A stretch of DNA of 64,000 nt from Bacteroidales bacterium (GCA_007134675.1 SLKJ01000012.1:6513-70512), one strand, 5' to 3'; counted from the stretch's first letter, positions 35,126 through 45,856 are shown. The notes: generated from the letters alone by a model not told the origin. A program made the numbers and translations.

Positions 35126-36523
35126 TTAGAATTCGGCATGATTGGGTGTTCTCGGGAAAGGGATTACATCTCTTATGTTACTCATTCCGGTGATAAAAAG
35201 CATCATCCTCTCGAAACCAAGCCCGAATCCTGAATGGGGGGCACTGCCAAAACGACGGGTGTCAAGATACCACCAGAGCTCCTCGCGCGGAATGCCGATT
35301 TCTTTTATCCGGTTCTCGAGTGCCTGAAGGTTCTCTTCCCGCTGTGACCCTCCGACGATCTCGCCTATGCGCGGGAAGAGCACATCCATTGCACGTACGG
35401 TGGTCCCGTCGTCATTCTGCTTCATGTAAAAGGCTTTTATTGCTTTCGGGTAGCCGGTAATGATGACAGGATTTTTGTAATGTTTTTCAACAAGGTACCG
35501 CTCATGCTCTGACTGAAGGTCTGCTCCCCATTGCGTGGGGAACTCAAATTTCATTCCCGATGAGTTCAGTATATCTATGGCTTCAGTATAGGTTATCCTG
35601 ACAAAATCAGAGTCTGTAACAGAATTGAGCCTGCTCAGCAGCTCCTTGTCATACATGTCGTTTAGAAACCTGAGGTCTTCAACGCAATGCTCGAGAGCAT
35701 AGTTTATAAGGTATTTGAGGAAATCCTCTGCAAGATCCATGTTGTCATGGATATCATAAAAAGCCATCTCGGGCTCTATCATCCAGAATTCCGCCAGATG
35801 CCTGGGTGTATTGGAATTCTCAGCACGGAATGTAGGGCCAAAGGTGTATACATCCGACAGCGCAAGGGCACCTATCTCGCCTTCAAGCTGGCCGGATACG
35901 GTCAGGTTGGTCTCCTTGCCGAAAAAATCTTCCCTGTAATTGATCCTTCCGTCTTCTGTTTTTGGTGGGTTCATTATATCAAGGGTTGTTACCCTGAACA
36001 TTTCTCCCGCTCCCTCGGCATCTGATCCTGTGATGATGGGGGTATGAAGGTAATAAAAGCCGTTGTCGTTAAAATATTTGTGAATAGAATAAGACATGGC
36101 ATGCCTGAGTCTCAGGATAGCTCCGAAGGTGTTGGTGCGGGGGCGCAGATGAGCTATCTCTCTTAGAAACTCCAGGGAATGGCCCTTCTTCTGCAGCGGG
36201 TATGTAACAGGATCGGCCGGCCCGTGAAGCTTTATTGATTTTGCCTGTATCTCAACGCTCTGCCCGCTGCCCGCGGATTGGGTAAGCGTGCCGGTAACCG
36301 AAATACATGCTCCCGTAGTAACCTGCTTGAGGAGATCTTCGTGAAAAGCGGGCACGTCGGCAACTATCTGGATGTTGTTTAATGTTGAGCCGTCATTGAG
36401 GGCTATAAAGGCAATTTTTTTGCTGCCACGCCGGGTTCTTACCCAGCCCATGACAGTAATCTCTTTTGCCACTTCACATGAAGTCAGCGCCTCTCTTACC
36501 CTGGTTCTTCTTTTTATACTCAT
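35126..36523 (-). CDS. asnS: Asparagine--tRNA ligase
   Basis: [50 protein letters not shown]. Confidence 0.97.
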   Translation of the reverse strand: MSIKRRTRVREALTSCEVAKEITVMGWVRTRRGSKKIAFIALNDGSTLNNIQIVADVPAFHEDLLKQVTTGACISVTGTLTQSAGSGQSVEIQAKSIKLHGPADPVTYPLQKKGHSLEFLREIAHLRPRTNTFGAILRLRHAMSYSIHKYFNDNGFYYLHTPIITGSDAEGAGEMFRVTTLDIMNPPKTEDGRINYREDFFGKETNLTVSGQLEGEIGALALSDVYTFGPTFRAENSNTPRHLAEFWMIEPEMAFYDIHDNMDLAEDFLKYLINYALEHCVEDLRFLNDMYDKELLSRLNSVTDSDFVRITYTEAIDILNSSGMKFEFPTQWGADLQSEHERYLVEKHYKNPVIITGYPKAIKAFYMKQNDDGTTVRAMDVLFPRIGEIVGGSQREENLQALENRIKEIGIPREELWWYLDTRRFGSAPHSGFGLGFERMMLFITGMSNIRDVIPFPRTPNHAEF

Positions 36524-36602
36524 TGTTTGTAAGTTGTTGTTCGTATAGAATATATTTTGTTGTTGTTCAGATATATCTCTTACATTGTCCGGTAATTCTG
36601 TG

Positions 36603-36610
36603 CAAAAATA
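36603..36610 (-). promoter_or_regulatory. -7 promoter element for asnS(-rpoN)
   Basis: TATTTTTG on the minus strand 80 nt upstream of asnS. Confidence 0.5.
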
Positions 36611-36797
36611 CGATTTTTGGCTTCAACCGGAAATATTAATTTACAGATGTCAGACTGGCTGATGTTTTTATGGTGCATTGTTTTTGATTTTCTTATGCTG
36701 AAAATCAGATGACAATAAGGTAACTTTCTTCAGATTATAACGTATAGTATATTATTTTAAAGGATAAGAAATTCATCAATAACAAATCATAAGATTC

Positions 36798-37646
36798 ATG
36801 AAAAAGGCAGATAAGGTGCTGTTTGTAACCTACGATTTTACCCCGGTATCAGATAATGCGCTGTCTCATGCGCTACGTATTTCGAAATATACAGACTCCC
36901 CGATCAGACTGCTGCATGTGGTTGAAGAAGGTACCGGCCACGAACAGAAAAAAGAAGAGGCAGAAAACAAACTTAAATTGTTGTGCGAAGCTTTTCGTGG
37001 CAAGAATGACTTAATAAATCTGGATTTCGCAGTACTTAAGGGATCCATCTTCAATACCATCGGGAAGTATGCCTCTGAAAATGAAGCCATAATGGTGATA
37101 ATGGGCACACATGGTATCAAGGGAATGCAGAAACTTACCGGGAGCTGGGCACTGAAAGTTATAGTGAAGAGCAAGGTCCCGTTTCTCGTTGTTCAGGAAA
37201 AGCCCTCTGAAAAGCACCGTTTCACCGACATAGTGTTTCCGATCGATTTCAAGGCTGAAACCAGGGAAAAGCTCTACTGGGCGATCTATCTTGGAAAATA
37301 TTTCAATTCCAGGGTGCATCTCTTCAAACCCCCGATTACCGATAAGTCAATTGTCAAAATGATCAATACTAATTTTAACTTTGCGATCAGGTACCTGATA
37401 CAGAATGATATAGAATATAAGATACATGTTGGGAAGAAATCGGGTGATTTTTCGAAAGAGACTATCTCCTTTGCCCAGGAGATTGATGCTGACCTGATCC
37501 TTATTACCACCAGTAAGAATGTTCATATGACGGACTTTTTATTCGGCCTTCCGGAACAGGAGATAATAGCTAACAGTGCAAAGATTCCGGTTATGGCAGT
37601 AAATCCGCGTGTTGGAGTCTCATCAATAAGCTCGGTGATGTATTAG
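36798..37646 (+). CDS. Universal stress protein (tandem USP domains)
   Basis: YDFTPVSDNAL, LLHVV, IMGTHG..GS..VPFLVV, second domain IVFPIDF..IPVMAV. Confidence 0.9.
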   Translation: MKKADKVLFVTYDFTPVSDNALSHALRISKYTDSPIRLLHVVEEGTGHEQKKEEAENKLKLLCEAFRGKNDLINLDFAVLKGSIFNTIGKYASENEAIMVIMGTHGIKGMQKLTGSWALKVIVKSKVPFLVVQEKPSEKHRFTDIVFPIDFKAETREKLYWAIYLGKYFNSRVHLFKPPITDKSIVKMINTNFNFAIRYLIQNDIEYKIHVGKKSGDFSKETISFAQEIDADLILITTSKNVHMTDFLFGLPEQEIIANSAKIPVMAVNPRVGVSSISSVMY

Positions 37647-37655
37647 GCGGGGAGA

Positions 37656-38537
37656 TTAATCCTCGTTAAGAAGCAATTCCTTTGCCTCTTTGAGATTCTT
37701 TCTGTCTTTGGGACCGACTTCCGGATATTTCAGGTCCAGCTTTTCAAGGGTCTGAACAAGGATATCGCATACAGCAGTGCGCATGAACCATTTATGGTCG
37801 GCAGGAATAATATACCATGGTGCATGTGGTGTGGAAGTTCTGTTAATAGCCTTCTCAAATGCCTGTTGATAGACATCCCACTTTCTTCTTTCGTTAATAT
37901 CATTTATGGTGAATTTCCAGTTTTTCTTCTTGTTGTTGATGCGTGACAGAAACCTTGCCTTCTGCTCCTGTCTGGAAAGGTGAAGGAAAAATTTGAGTAT
38001 TATGGTTCCGCTGTCGGACTGCTGTTTTTCAAAATTATTGATATGATTATAACGATTTTCCCAGAACTCTTCGGTTATGTCGTCCACACTGTATAAACCG
38101 GGTATATTCTGTTTGATCAGAAATTCAGGATGAACACGGGTGATTAAAACCTCTTCGTAATAGGAGCGGTTGAAAATTCCAATCCGTCCCCTTTCCGGCA
38201 TCCTTTTGGTTGTTCTCCAGAGGAAGTCGTGAGAAAGCTCTTCTGCGGAAGGTGTTTTAAAACTGAATACCTGGCAGCCCTGAGGGTTTATTCCCGACAT
38301 CACATGCTTAATGGTTCCGTCCTTGCCGGCAGCATCCATGGCCTGAAAGATTATCAGGATTGAATGACGGCTGTAGGCGTAGAGCATGTCCTGAAGCTTT
38401 GCTGTTCTTTTTACATCCCTTTTGAGCATTTTTTTTGCTTCAGCCGGTGTGGCGAAATTGCCGGTATAGGCGGTATCATATTCTTTAAGAAGTATTTTCT
38501 TGCCAGGTGTGGCTACAATCTTTCCCAGATCAAACAT
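37656..38537 (-). CDS. ppk2: Polyphosphate kinase 2 family protein
   Basis: FQAMDAAGKDG, HDFLWR, FNRSYYEEVL, PWYIIPADHKW. Confidence 0.94.
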   Translation of the reverse strand: MFDLGKIVATPGKKILLKEYDTAYTGNFATPAEAKKMLKRDVKRTAKLQDMLYAYSRHSILIIFQAMDAAGKDGTIKHVMSGINPQGCQVFSFKTPSAEELSHDFLWRTTKRMPERGRIGIFNRSYYEEVLITRVHPEFLIKQNIPGLYSVDDITEEFWENRYNHINNFEKQQSDSGTIILKFFLHLSRQEQKARFLSRINNKKKNWKFTINDINERRKWDVYQQAFEKAINRTSTPHAPWYIIPADHKWFMRTAVCDILVQTLEKLDLKYPEVGPKDRKNLKEAKELLLNED

Positions 38538-38680
38538 AATGCCGGTTTTTGGGTTATTTGACGGTTAAGTTAGGAAAAAAGATGTATAAATTAAACTCTT
38601 GTTGTAATTTTATATTTTAGAGGTGTTAAAGAGAACTGACACTATAAGGTGGTCTGATCAGACTAAAAAATATTTGAATT

Positions 38681-39589
38681 ATGCCGGTAGAAGTTAGAAA
38701 TGTTGTAAAACGGTATGGCAGCCAGCTTGCTCTTGATGATGTCTCTTTTGATATCGGAAGCGGTCAGGTGCTTGGTTTCCTTGGACCCAATGGTGCGGGA
38801 AAGACCACTATGATGAGGATCATCACAGGTATTATCCCAGCTGATTCAGGCAGGGTTATGGTCAACGGGGTCGATGTAATGGAGGATTCGCTCAGGGTCA
38901 GGCAAAGAATAGGTTACCTTCCGGAGAACAATCCGCTCTATACTGATATGTATGTAAGGGAGTACCTGCACTTTGTTGCCGGTATGTACAAACTGGCAGA
39001 CAGGAAAAAGAGAGTAGGACGGTTGATTGAGATGACAGGGCTGGACAAAGAGCAGCACAAGAAGATAGCCTCTCTGTCAAAAGGGTACCGGCAGAGGGTC
39101 GGACTGGCTCAGGCACTTATAAATGACCCCGATGTTCTGATACTGGATGAGCCTACCGGGGGTCTTGATCCAAATCAGATTGTGGAGATAAGGAGCCTTA
39201 TTGCCTCGGCCGGAAAGAAAAAGACGGTCATGCTCTCCACCCATATCATGCAGGAAGTGGAAGCTATTTGCGACAGGATAATAATCATCCGGGAGGGCAG
39301 GATTGTGGCCAATGATACCAGGGAGAACATAATCCGGATGAGTTCCCTGAAAAAGCAGATAGTGTCAGTTGAGTTCGATAACGATCTGGATCCCGAAACG
39401 TTGATGGAGATTCCGGGTGCAGAGAAAGTGAGAAATGTTAAAGGCAGGAGTTGGGTGATAGAGAGCAGTTCTGATAAGGATATACGCGCCGGGGTGTTCG
39501 GGTTTGCAGTGCAGAAAAATATAACAGTTCTTTCTCTTCAAAAGGAGGAAAAGAACCTTGAGAGCATATTCCAGGAACTGACAAGATAA
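38681..39589 (+). CDS. gldA: GldA-like ABC transporter ATP-binding protein
   Basis: GPNGAGKTT, GYLPENNPLY.DMYVREYL, LSKGYRQRVGLAQA, STHIMQEVEA. Confidence 0.85.
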   Translation: MPVEVRNVVKRYGSQLALDDVSFDIGSGQVLGFLGPNGAGKTTMMRIITGIIPADSGRVMVNGVDVMEDSLRVRQRIGYLPENNPLYTDMYVREYLHFVAGMYKLADRKKRVGRLIEMTGLDKEQHKKIASLSKGYRQRVGLAQALINDPDVLILDEPTGGLDPNQIVEIRSLIASAGKKKTVMLSTHIMQEVEAICDRIIIIREGRIVANDTRENIIRMSSLKKQIVSVEFDNDLDPETLMEIPGAEKVRNVKGRSWVIESSSDKDIRAGVFGFAVQKNITVLSLQKEEKNLESIFQELTR

Positions 39590-39631
39590 GCCAGGGTACT
39601 GCATATTGTTTATTTTCCCGATATAAAGCTG

Positions 39632-39663
39632 TTTGTTATTCAGATAAATATTCTGTAGCTTTG
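39632..39663 (+). promoter_or_regulatory. metK promoter (-33/-7)
   Basis: TTTG (39632-39635), 20-nt spacer, TAGCTTTG (39656-39663): canonical Bacteroidota promoter geometry. Confidence 0.7.
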
Positions 39664-39678
39664 GCGCGTTAATTTCAG

Positions 39679-39723
39679 GTGGACGGATTTGACTGATTGC
39701 AACCACAGAAAAAAATGCTAAAA
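39679..39723 (+). ncRNA. SAM-II riboswitch aptamer
   Basis: GTGG-acg-GATTTGAC-tga-TTGCA-a-CCAC-agaaaaaaat-GCTAAAA has the SAM-II signature (P1 GTGG/CCAC, GAUUU, UUGCA, GCUAAA) and lies between the promoter and metK. Confidence 0.8.
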
Positions 39724-39795
39724 TGTATTTCCATTCTGCCAACAATCACCATCAAGGTCCCCCATTATCATAATTATAAATTAAATCTTGCTTAA
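39715..39795 (+). other. Putative 26-aa leader ORF upstream of metK
   Basis: ATG at 39715 inside the aptamer, MLKCISILPTITIKVPHYHNYKLNLA, TAA at 39793-39795, then T, then the metK ATG. Confidence 0.35.
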
Positions 39796-39796
39796 T

Positions 39797-41089
39797 ATGG
39801 CATATTTATTTACTTCTGAGTCGGTGTCGGAGGGACACCCGGACAAAATTGCCGATCAGATATCCGATGCGCTGCTGGACGAGTTCCTGAGGCATGATCC
39901 CGAATCGAAGGTGGCATGTGAAACGCTTGTAACCACCGGATTGATTGTGTGCAGCGGTGAGGTGAAAACCGATGGTTATGTTGACATTCAAAAGGTTGCC
40001 CGAAATACGGTCCGGCGTATCGGTTATACCCGGTCTGAATATCAATTTGAGGCTGAATCATGTGGTGTAATATCCTGCATTCATGAACAGAGTTCAGATA
40101 TAAGCCAGGGCGTTGAACGCAGTAATTGTGAAAACCAGGGTGCAGGTGACCAGGGCATGATGTTCGGTTACGCGATAAGGGAAATGGAAAATTTTATGCC
40201 CCTGCCTGTCCAGCTGTCCCATGTAATTCTTAAAGAGCTTGCTGCCATACGGCGTGAGGGACGTCAGATGACCTACCTGCGACCCGATTCCAAGGCACAG
40301 GTTACAGTTGAATATGATCAGGACAATGTGGCAATGAAACTCAATACACTGGTTGTTTCCACACAGCATGATCCCTTTGAAGGAACCGATGCTGACATGC
40401 AGAAACATATTGAAGAGGACATCAGAAATATCCTTATACCAAGGGTGAGGAATTCGAAAAGCGTGCCGGAGAAGATCAGGGAGCTCTTTGACGACGGATA
40501 CAGGATACTGGTTAATCCTACCGGGAAGTTTGTTATTGGCGGTCCCCACGGTGATACCGGGCTTACGGGCAGAAAGATCATTGTTGATACCTACGGAGGT
40601 AAGGGAGCACATGGCGGCGGGGCATTTTCCGGAAAAGACGCTTCCAAGGTAGACCGTTCTGCTGCCTATGCTGCAAGGCACATAGCCAAAAACCTTGTTG
40701 CAGCAGGAATAGCAGATGAGATGTTAGTGCAGGTGGCATATGCCATCGGTGTTGCCGAGCCTGTAGGCCTGTATGTAAACACCTATGGAACAGCCAATGT
40801 GGATGCCGGCGATCCTGAAATATCAACAATTGTCAGTGAATTATTTGACCTGCGTCCATGGTCAATAATCAGACGTTACGGCCTGAAAAATCCGGTTTAT
40901 GAAAAAACTGCCTCATACGGGCACTTTGGTCGCACACCCCACAGAGCTGAGGTAGAGGTTTATTACCAGGATGAGGAAACCTATTCAAAAGTTATAAACG
41001 GAATACAGCGCCATTTCAAAATGGTTGATATGTTTGCCTGGGAGAAACTTGATGAGGTAGAGAGAATCAGGAAAGCTTTCGGGGTTTGA
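39797..41089 (+). CDS. metK: S-adenosylmethionine synthetase
   Basis: FTSESVSEGHPDK, GAGDQGMMFG, GGGAFSGKD, YGHFGR. Confidence 0.98.
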   Translation: MAYLFTSESVSEGHPDKIADQISDALLDEFLRHDPESKVACETLVTTGLIVCSGEVKTDGYVDIQKVARNTVRRIGYTRSEYQFEAESCGVISCIHEQSSDISQGVERSNCENQGAGDQGMMFGYAIREMENFMPLPVQLSHVILKELAAIRREGRQMTYLRPDSKAQVTVEYDQDNVAMKLNTLVVSTQHDPFEGTDADMQKHIEEDIRNILIPRVRNSKSVPEKIRELFDDGYRILVNPTGKFVIGGPHGDTGLTGRKIIVDTYGGKGAHGGGAFSGKDASKVDRSAAYAARHIAKNLVAAGIADEMLVQVAYAIGVAEPVGLYVNTYGTANVDAGDPEISTIVSELFDLRPWSIIRRYGLKNPVYEKTASYGHFGRTPHRAEVEVYYQDEETYSKVINGIQRHFKMVDMFAWEKLDEVERIRKAFGV

Positions 41090-41207
41090 AACCAACCGGC
41101 ACGAGCAGATATGCCGGTTATTCATGAAAGCAGTAATATTTTTAATCTGATCCTTTGACGGCAGTGAATATTGCCTTATTTTTAACTCTATTTTAAAAAT
41201 AAATCGG

Positions 41208-43313
41208 GTGATCATAAGGCGAAGTCTGTTTATTCTTTTGGTTCTCTTATTTTCAGCTGACCTCCATTCAATGGAAATGCAGGGAGGCCGCAGCTATTTC
41301 CTGATTAAACCGGTAAAGGAAGGAGACCCCGGGTTTGCGGGGGACCGGCAGCATGGAAAGGCTGGTGAGCCGGTCAAACCTGTCAGGGCAAGGGTTGTGG
41401 ATGAGAGATCACAACCCGTAGTTGGTATTCCTGTTGTTTTTGAGGTGGTGGATTATCCCTCCGGTGGAGGCAATTATCAGATTGAACGGAGAATGGTGCC
41501 AACTGACTCTTCCGGCTTTTCTGTTGTAAATTTCAGATTAGGGACGGCAGGAGGTGAGTATCATATTATTGCACGTATACGTTCAGCGGAGGAGGAGAAC
41601 CTCCAGCTTTACACCATATTTGCGCGTGAACCGGACTGGTTGTTTTTTTTATTTGTCGGACTGGTTGGGGGACTGGCACTGTTTCTGCTTGGGATGGAAG
41701 TTATGAGTCGGGGACTCCTGCGGTCAGCGGGAGATAAGATGAGAAACATCCTGGGAAATCTTACCAATAACAAGTTAAAGGCCATGGGCCTGGGTGCCTT
41801 TGTCACTATGGTGATACAGAGCAGCAGTGCCACAAACGTAATGCTTGTAAGCTTTGTCAATGCCGGACTGATGATGTTCAGGCAAACGCCCGGGATAATC
41901 CTCGGGGCAGCTATCGGCACTACTGTGACAGCACAGCTTATTGCTTTCAGGCTCACCGATTTCTCGCTTTTATTCATTGCTGCGGGATTTGCACTGCACA
42001 CTTTTGCAGGAAGGGAACAGTACAGGAATACCGGAGATTCACTAATGGGCTTTGGCATTCTCTTTTTTGGAATGCATATAATGTCGGAGGCAATGTACCC
42101 TCTCCGTACTTTTGACCCATTTATTCAGATTCTTCTGAAACTGGAAAACCCGCTGCTGGGAATACTTGTCGGCACCCTGTTCACGGCTCTTATACAAAGC
42201 AGCTCTGCTTTTGTGGGGATAATGATAATACTGGGGATGCAGGGCCTGATAAGCCTGGAGGCTTCAATACCCCTTCTTTTCGGTGCAAATATCGGAACTG
42301 CTGTGACTGCCGCCATGGCAAGCATAAAAGCAGGGCGTGAAGCCAGAAAGGTTGCACTTGCAGTAGGACTGATCAAAATTTTCGGGGTGCTGGTTTTTGT
42401 ATGGTGGATAAAACCTTTCGCCTCTCTGGTGGAGATGCTGTCTCCGGCTGCAACGGGAGGCACGGACGAGCTGGCGGAACTGTCGGAAGTGATACCGAGA
42501 CAGATTGCCAATGCACATACTTTTTATAATGTCATTGCAGCATTGCTGGTTTTGCCATTTACCAGTTTTGTATCCGGTGTGGTGGAAAGGATAATGCCGG
42601 AAGTGAAGAGGGAGGAGGAGCCGGCATTCAACCTCAACTATCTGGATGAGAGCATGCTTAAGACACCTGTTATGGCTCTCAGCCTGGCTGAAAAGGAGAC
42701 TGTCAGAATGGGAAAGGTGGTACATGAGATGGTAATCGCTATCATGCCCGTTTTTCTTGAAAAGAATCCGGATGCACTTGCTGACATTGAACTGGGGGAG
42801 AAGAAAGTAAATTTTCTGCGTGATCACATCAATGCATACCTTCTTAAGATCTCACGTGCCGGTGCAAGGGAGGAGAGGGTGAATGAATCATTTCAGATCC
42901 TTTATACTGTTAAGGAGCTGGAACTGATAGCCGATGTGGTATCAACCTCAATGTATGATAAAGCCAGATACTGGCTGTCGGAAGAGCACTCCTTCAGTGA
43001 TGAGGGCAGACAGGAACTGGTGGATTATCACGGGAAAACATGTAAACAGATAAAGAGGGCTGTAGAGGTTTTCAATGAAGTTAATATGGAAAAGGCAATG
43101 CATATGAAACAAAAATACAAGGAGTACAGAAGCATTGCATTTGAGTTTGAAAAACAGCATTATGAACGGCTGAAAATGGAGGACCCTGATACCCTGACGA
43201 GTTCCAAAACTCACCTCGAGCTGATGTCAATGTTGAGAAATATCTCCTCTCATGCTACCAACATAGCCAGGATCCTGCTGCACTGGAATAAGGATGACGA
43301 AAGCGAAAAATAA
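41208..43313 (+). CDS. Na/Pi cotransporter family protein with N-terminal Ig-like and C-terminal PhoU domains
   Basis: Two QSSS and GA(A/N)IGT repeats, ANAHT, PhoU-like helical tail; extra secreted N-terminal domain. Confidence 0.9.
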   Translation: MIIRRSLFILLVLLFSADLHSMEMQGGRSYFLIKPVKEGDPGFAGDRQHGKAGEPVKPVRARVVDERSQPVVGIPVVFEVVDYPSGGGNYQIERRMVPTDSSGFSVVNFRLGTAGGEYHIIARIRSAEEENLQLYTIFAREPDWLFFLFVGLVGGLALFLLGMEVMSRGLLRSAGDKMRNILGNLTNNKLKAMGLGAFVTMVIQSSSATNVMLVSFVNAGLMMFRQTPGIILGAAIGTTVTAQLIAFRLTDFSLLFIAAGFALHTFAGREQYRNTGDSLMGFGILFFGMHIMSEAMYPLRTFDPFIQILLKLENPLLGILVGTLFTALIQSSSAFVGIMIILGMQGLISLEASIPLLFGANIGTAVTAAMASIKAGREARKVALAVGLIKIFGVLVFVWWIKPFASLVEMLSPAATGGTDELAELSEVIPRQIANAHTFYNVIAALLVLPFTSFVSGVVERIMPEVKREEEPAFNLNYLDESMLKTPVMALSLAEKETVRMGKVVHEMVIAIMPVFLEKNPDALADIELGEKKVNFLRDHINAYLLKISRAGAREERVNESFQILYTVKELELIADVVSTSMYDKARYWLSEEHSFSDEGRQELVDYHGKTCKQIKRAVEVFNEVNMEKAMHMKQKYKEYRSIAFEFEKQHYERLKMEDPDTLTSSKTHLELMSMLRNISSHATNIARILLHWNKDDESEK

Positions 43314-43338
43314 CTGCGACAGAAATTATTTTAATATT

Positions 43339-44511
43339 ATGGAGCAATATACTCTTGTTGAAGTAAACGATAAAATGAGCAGAAAAGAGTTCCTTCTGCT
43401 GCCCGTCAGGTTGTACAAAGATGAAATGAACTGGATACGCCCCCTTGACCAGGATGTAGAAAAGGTATTTGATCCAAAGGTCAATAAATCATTCCGGCAG
43501 GGCGAATGTATACGCTGGATACTGACAAACGGAAGCGGAGAGACAGTGGGCCGGGTGGCTGCTTTTTACGATAAAAAGGTCGCACTTAACAATGAGCAGC
43601 CAACCGGGGGAATGGGTTTTTTTGAGTGCATCAATGACAGGCCGGCCGCATTCATCCTTTTCGACGCCTGCAGGCAATGGCTTGAAGGAAAGGGAATGGA
43701 GGCCATGGAGGGGCCGGTGAATTTCGGGGACAGGGACAGGTGGTGGGGACTGCTGGTGGAGGGATTTTCAGAGCCCAACTATTGTATGCCCTGGAACCAT
43801 GGATATTATAAAGATTTATTTGAGGAGTACGGGTTTAAAAATTATTATAACCAGTATACTTTCCGCAGGAATATCGGTATTGACGGCTTTCATCCGGCGA
43901 TATTGGAGAAGGCTGAAAGGGTTTACCGTAACCCTGATTATTTGTTCAGACATGTTGATAAGAATAATCTTGAAAAAGCCGCCGATGATTTTCGCATAGT
44001 ATATAATCAGGCCTGGGCTAAGATACCGGGCATCAAGGAGGTAACAAAAGCCCATGCAATGGCCCTGCTGCAGTCATTTAAGCCAATAATGGATGAAAGA
44101 CTTATCTGGTTTGCCTATCATAAGGAAGAGCCTATTGGATTTTATATTATGATACCAGAGATAAACCAGATAATAAGACACCTGAATGGGAATCTCAACC
44201 TTATCGGGAAAATGAAGTTTTTATACCATAAGTGGAGAAAAACCTGCAGAAAAGCTTACGGGGTAATATTCGGTGTAGTGCCCAGATTCCAGGCAAAGGG
44301 TATCGAAGGGGGGATGATTAAGGCTTTTGCCGATATTGCCGTGACACCGGGCTTTCAGTATAATGATTTGGAGCTTAACTGGATAGGGGATTTTAACCCG
44401 GCAATGATAAAGCTGGCCAATCAGCTGGCATTTAAAGTTATAAAAACCCACGTAACATGGAGGTTCCTGTTTGACAGGGAAAAAGAGTTCAAAAGGGCAA
44501 AAATCCTGTAA
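43339..44511 (+). CDS. GNAT-like conserved protein (YghO-like)
   Basis: WIRPL, GRVAAF, GFFECIND, GPVNFGDRD.WWGLLVEG, WIGDFN; possible earlier start at 43294. Confidence 0.75.
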   Translation: MEQYTLVEVNDKMSRKEFLLLPVRLYKDEMNWIRPLDQDVEKVFDPKVNKSFRQGECIRWILTNGSGETVGRVAAFYDKKVALNNEQPTGGMGFFECINDRPAAFILFDACRQWLEGKGMEAMEGPVNFGDRDRWWGLLVEGFSEPNYCMPWNHGYYKDLFEEYGFKNYYNQYTFRRNIGIDGFHPAILEKAERVYRNPDYLFRHVDKNNLEKAADDFRIVYNQAWAKIPGIKEVTKAHAMALLQSFKPIMDERLIWFAYHKEEPIGFYIMIPEINQIIRHLNGNLNLIGKMKFLYHKWRKTCRKAYGVIFGVVPRFQAKGIEGGMIKAFADIAVTPGFQYNDLELNWIGDFNPAMIKLANQLAFKVIKTHVTWRFLFDREKEFKRAKIL

Positions 44512-44571
44512 TTATAAGTGTGATAACCGAGGACAAACGGTCAGGTCTCCTGAGGATAGTTCCAGGTTCCC

Positions 44572-45648
44572 TTACTGCCTGTAGACAAATGCGTTTATAT
44601 GCATTCCTGCTCCCACTGAGGCAAAGATCAGTATATCGCCCTGATCGATGCTGTGATTTTTAAGGCTGCCCTTCAGTATCATGTCATAGAGCGTGGGGAC
44701 GGTGGCTACCGAGCTGTTCCCCAGTTCATGAATGTTCATGGGCATGACCTCTGAAATTTCAGGTCTCAGTCCGTAGAGCCTGAAAAATCTTTTAGCTATG
44801 GCTTCGTCCATCTTCTCATTGGCCTGGTGCAGCAGTATCTTTTTGACCTCACCGATAGGGACATCCGTCTTATCGAGTGCTGCTTTCATTGCCAGGGGCA
44901 CATTGGAAAGAGAGTATTCATAAATTTTTCTTCCATGCATTTTGATATAACGGATATCCGGATTGCTGTCCGGTGCGTTGGACTGGCCGAGATAAAGGTA
45001 ATAAGCCTCTTCGGTAGTGTTTGAAACAACCGCAGATGAAAGGAAGCCTGTCTTTTCGTTCGAATGGACCCCCTCAACTATGGCTGCACCGGCCCCGTCA
45101 GAAAAGATCATGGTGTCACGATCGTATTTGTCCACTACCCTGGAAAGTGTTTCCGACCCGATCACAAGGCACCGCTTTGCAAGGCCGGTACGTATAAAGG
45201 AATCCACATGGATGACTCCCTGTACCCATCCCGGACAGCCGAAAATTATGTCATATGCAACACAGCAGGGATTTTTTATCCCCAACTTGTTCTTTACCCT
45301 TGCTGCAAGACAGGGTAGTGCATCGGACTGGATAGTCCCTTTGATTACATCTCCGAAATTATGGGCGACTATTATGTAATCGAGGGTTTCCTGGTCAATG
45401 CCGGCATCTTTTATGGCCTCCCTGCCGGCAATGGTAGCTATGTCTGAGTTGGTCTGACCCTCAGACACCCATCTTCTCTCGGCTATGCCGGTAATGTCCC
45501 TGAACTTGTCTACTACCACCTCTCCCGGACTGTCTATTCTGCTTTTATCCTTTTCAAAAAAGGTCTGCCGGGTGAACTCAGAATTGGATATCTTTTCTGT
45601 GGGTATGTAGCTTCCCGTTCCGGTAATGACTGTATTCAAAAACTTCAT
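44572..45648 (-). CDS. fabH: 3-oxoacyl-ACP synthase III family protein
   Basis: GTGSYIP, catalytic FGCPG, HQANEK, GNSS, SVGAG. Confidence 0.9.
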   Translation of the reverse strand: MKFLNTVITGTGSYIPTEKISNSEFTRQTFFEKDKSRIDSPGEVVVDKFRDITGIAERRWVSEGQTNSDIATIAGREAIKDAGIDQETLDYIIVAHNFGDVIKGTIQSDALPCLAARVKNKLGIKNPCCVAYDIIFGCPGWVQGVIHVDSFIRTGLAKRCLVIGSETLSRVVDKYDRDTMIFSDGAGAAIVEGVHSNEKTGFLSSAVVSNTTEEAYYLYLGQSNAPDSNPDIRYIKMHGRKIYEYSLSNVPLAMKAALDKTDVPIGEVKKILLHQANEKMDEAIAKRFFRLYGLRPEISEVMPMNIHELGNSSVATVPTLYDMILKGSLKNHSIDQGDILIFASVGAGMHINAFVYRQ

Positions 45649-45856
45649 GTGCAATTTCTTTTTCTTTTTATTACGGTATATTAAAAACTATGGCCAGTAA
45701 AATTATTAATCTTTTTTATATTGTCAGAACCTGTGATAATAATAATTATTGAACACGGTGTTTCCGGGGTCAGGTAGTAATGCTTTTTGGCATAAAAAAT
45801 TGTATTTTTGCCAATCGGGGAAGCATTACTTGAGCCTGAAATATTTTCATTTGATC

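Noticed and set aside
36685..36707. TGATTTTC-N7-GAAAATCA inverted repeat between asnS and the USP gene
   Set aside because: AT-rich context makes chance occurrence likely, and the spacing does not match the Crp/Fnr boxes
38681..39589. gldA plus SprB/PorP as evidence of a gliding-motility locus
   Set aside because: No gldF/gldG or motor genes lie in the window, and these families also occur in non-gliding Bacteroidota
41094..41119. Hairpin AACCGGCA/TGCCGGTT after metK as a terminator
   Set aside because: 10-nt loop and no U-tract; too weak to call
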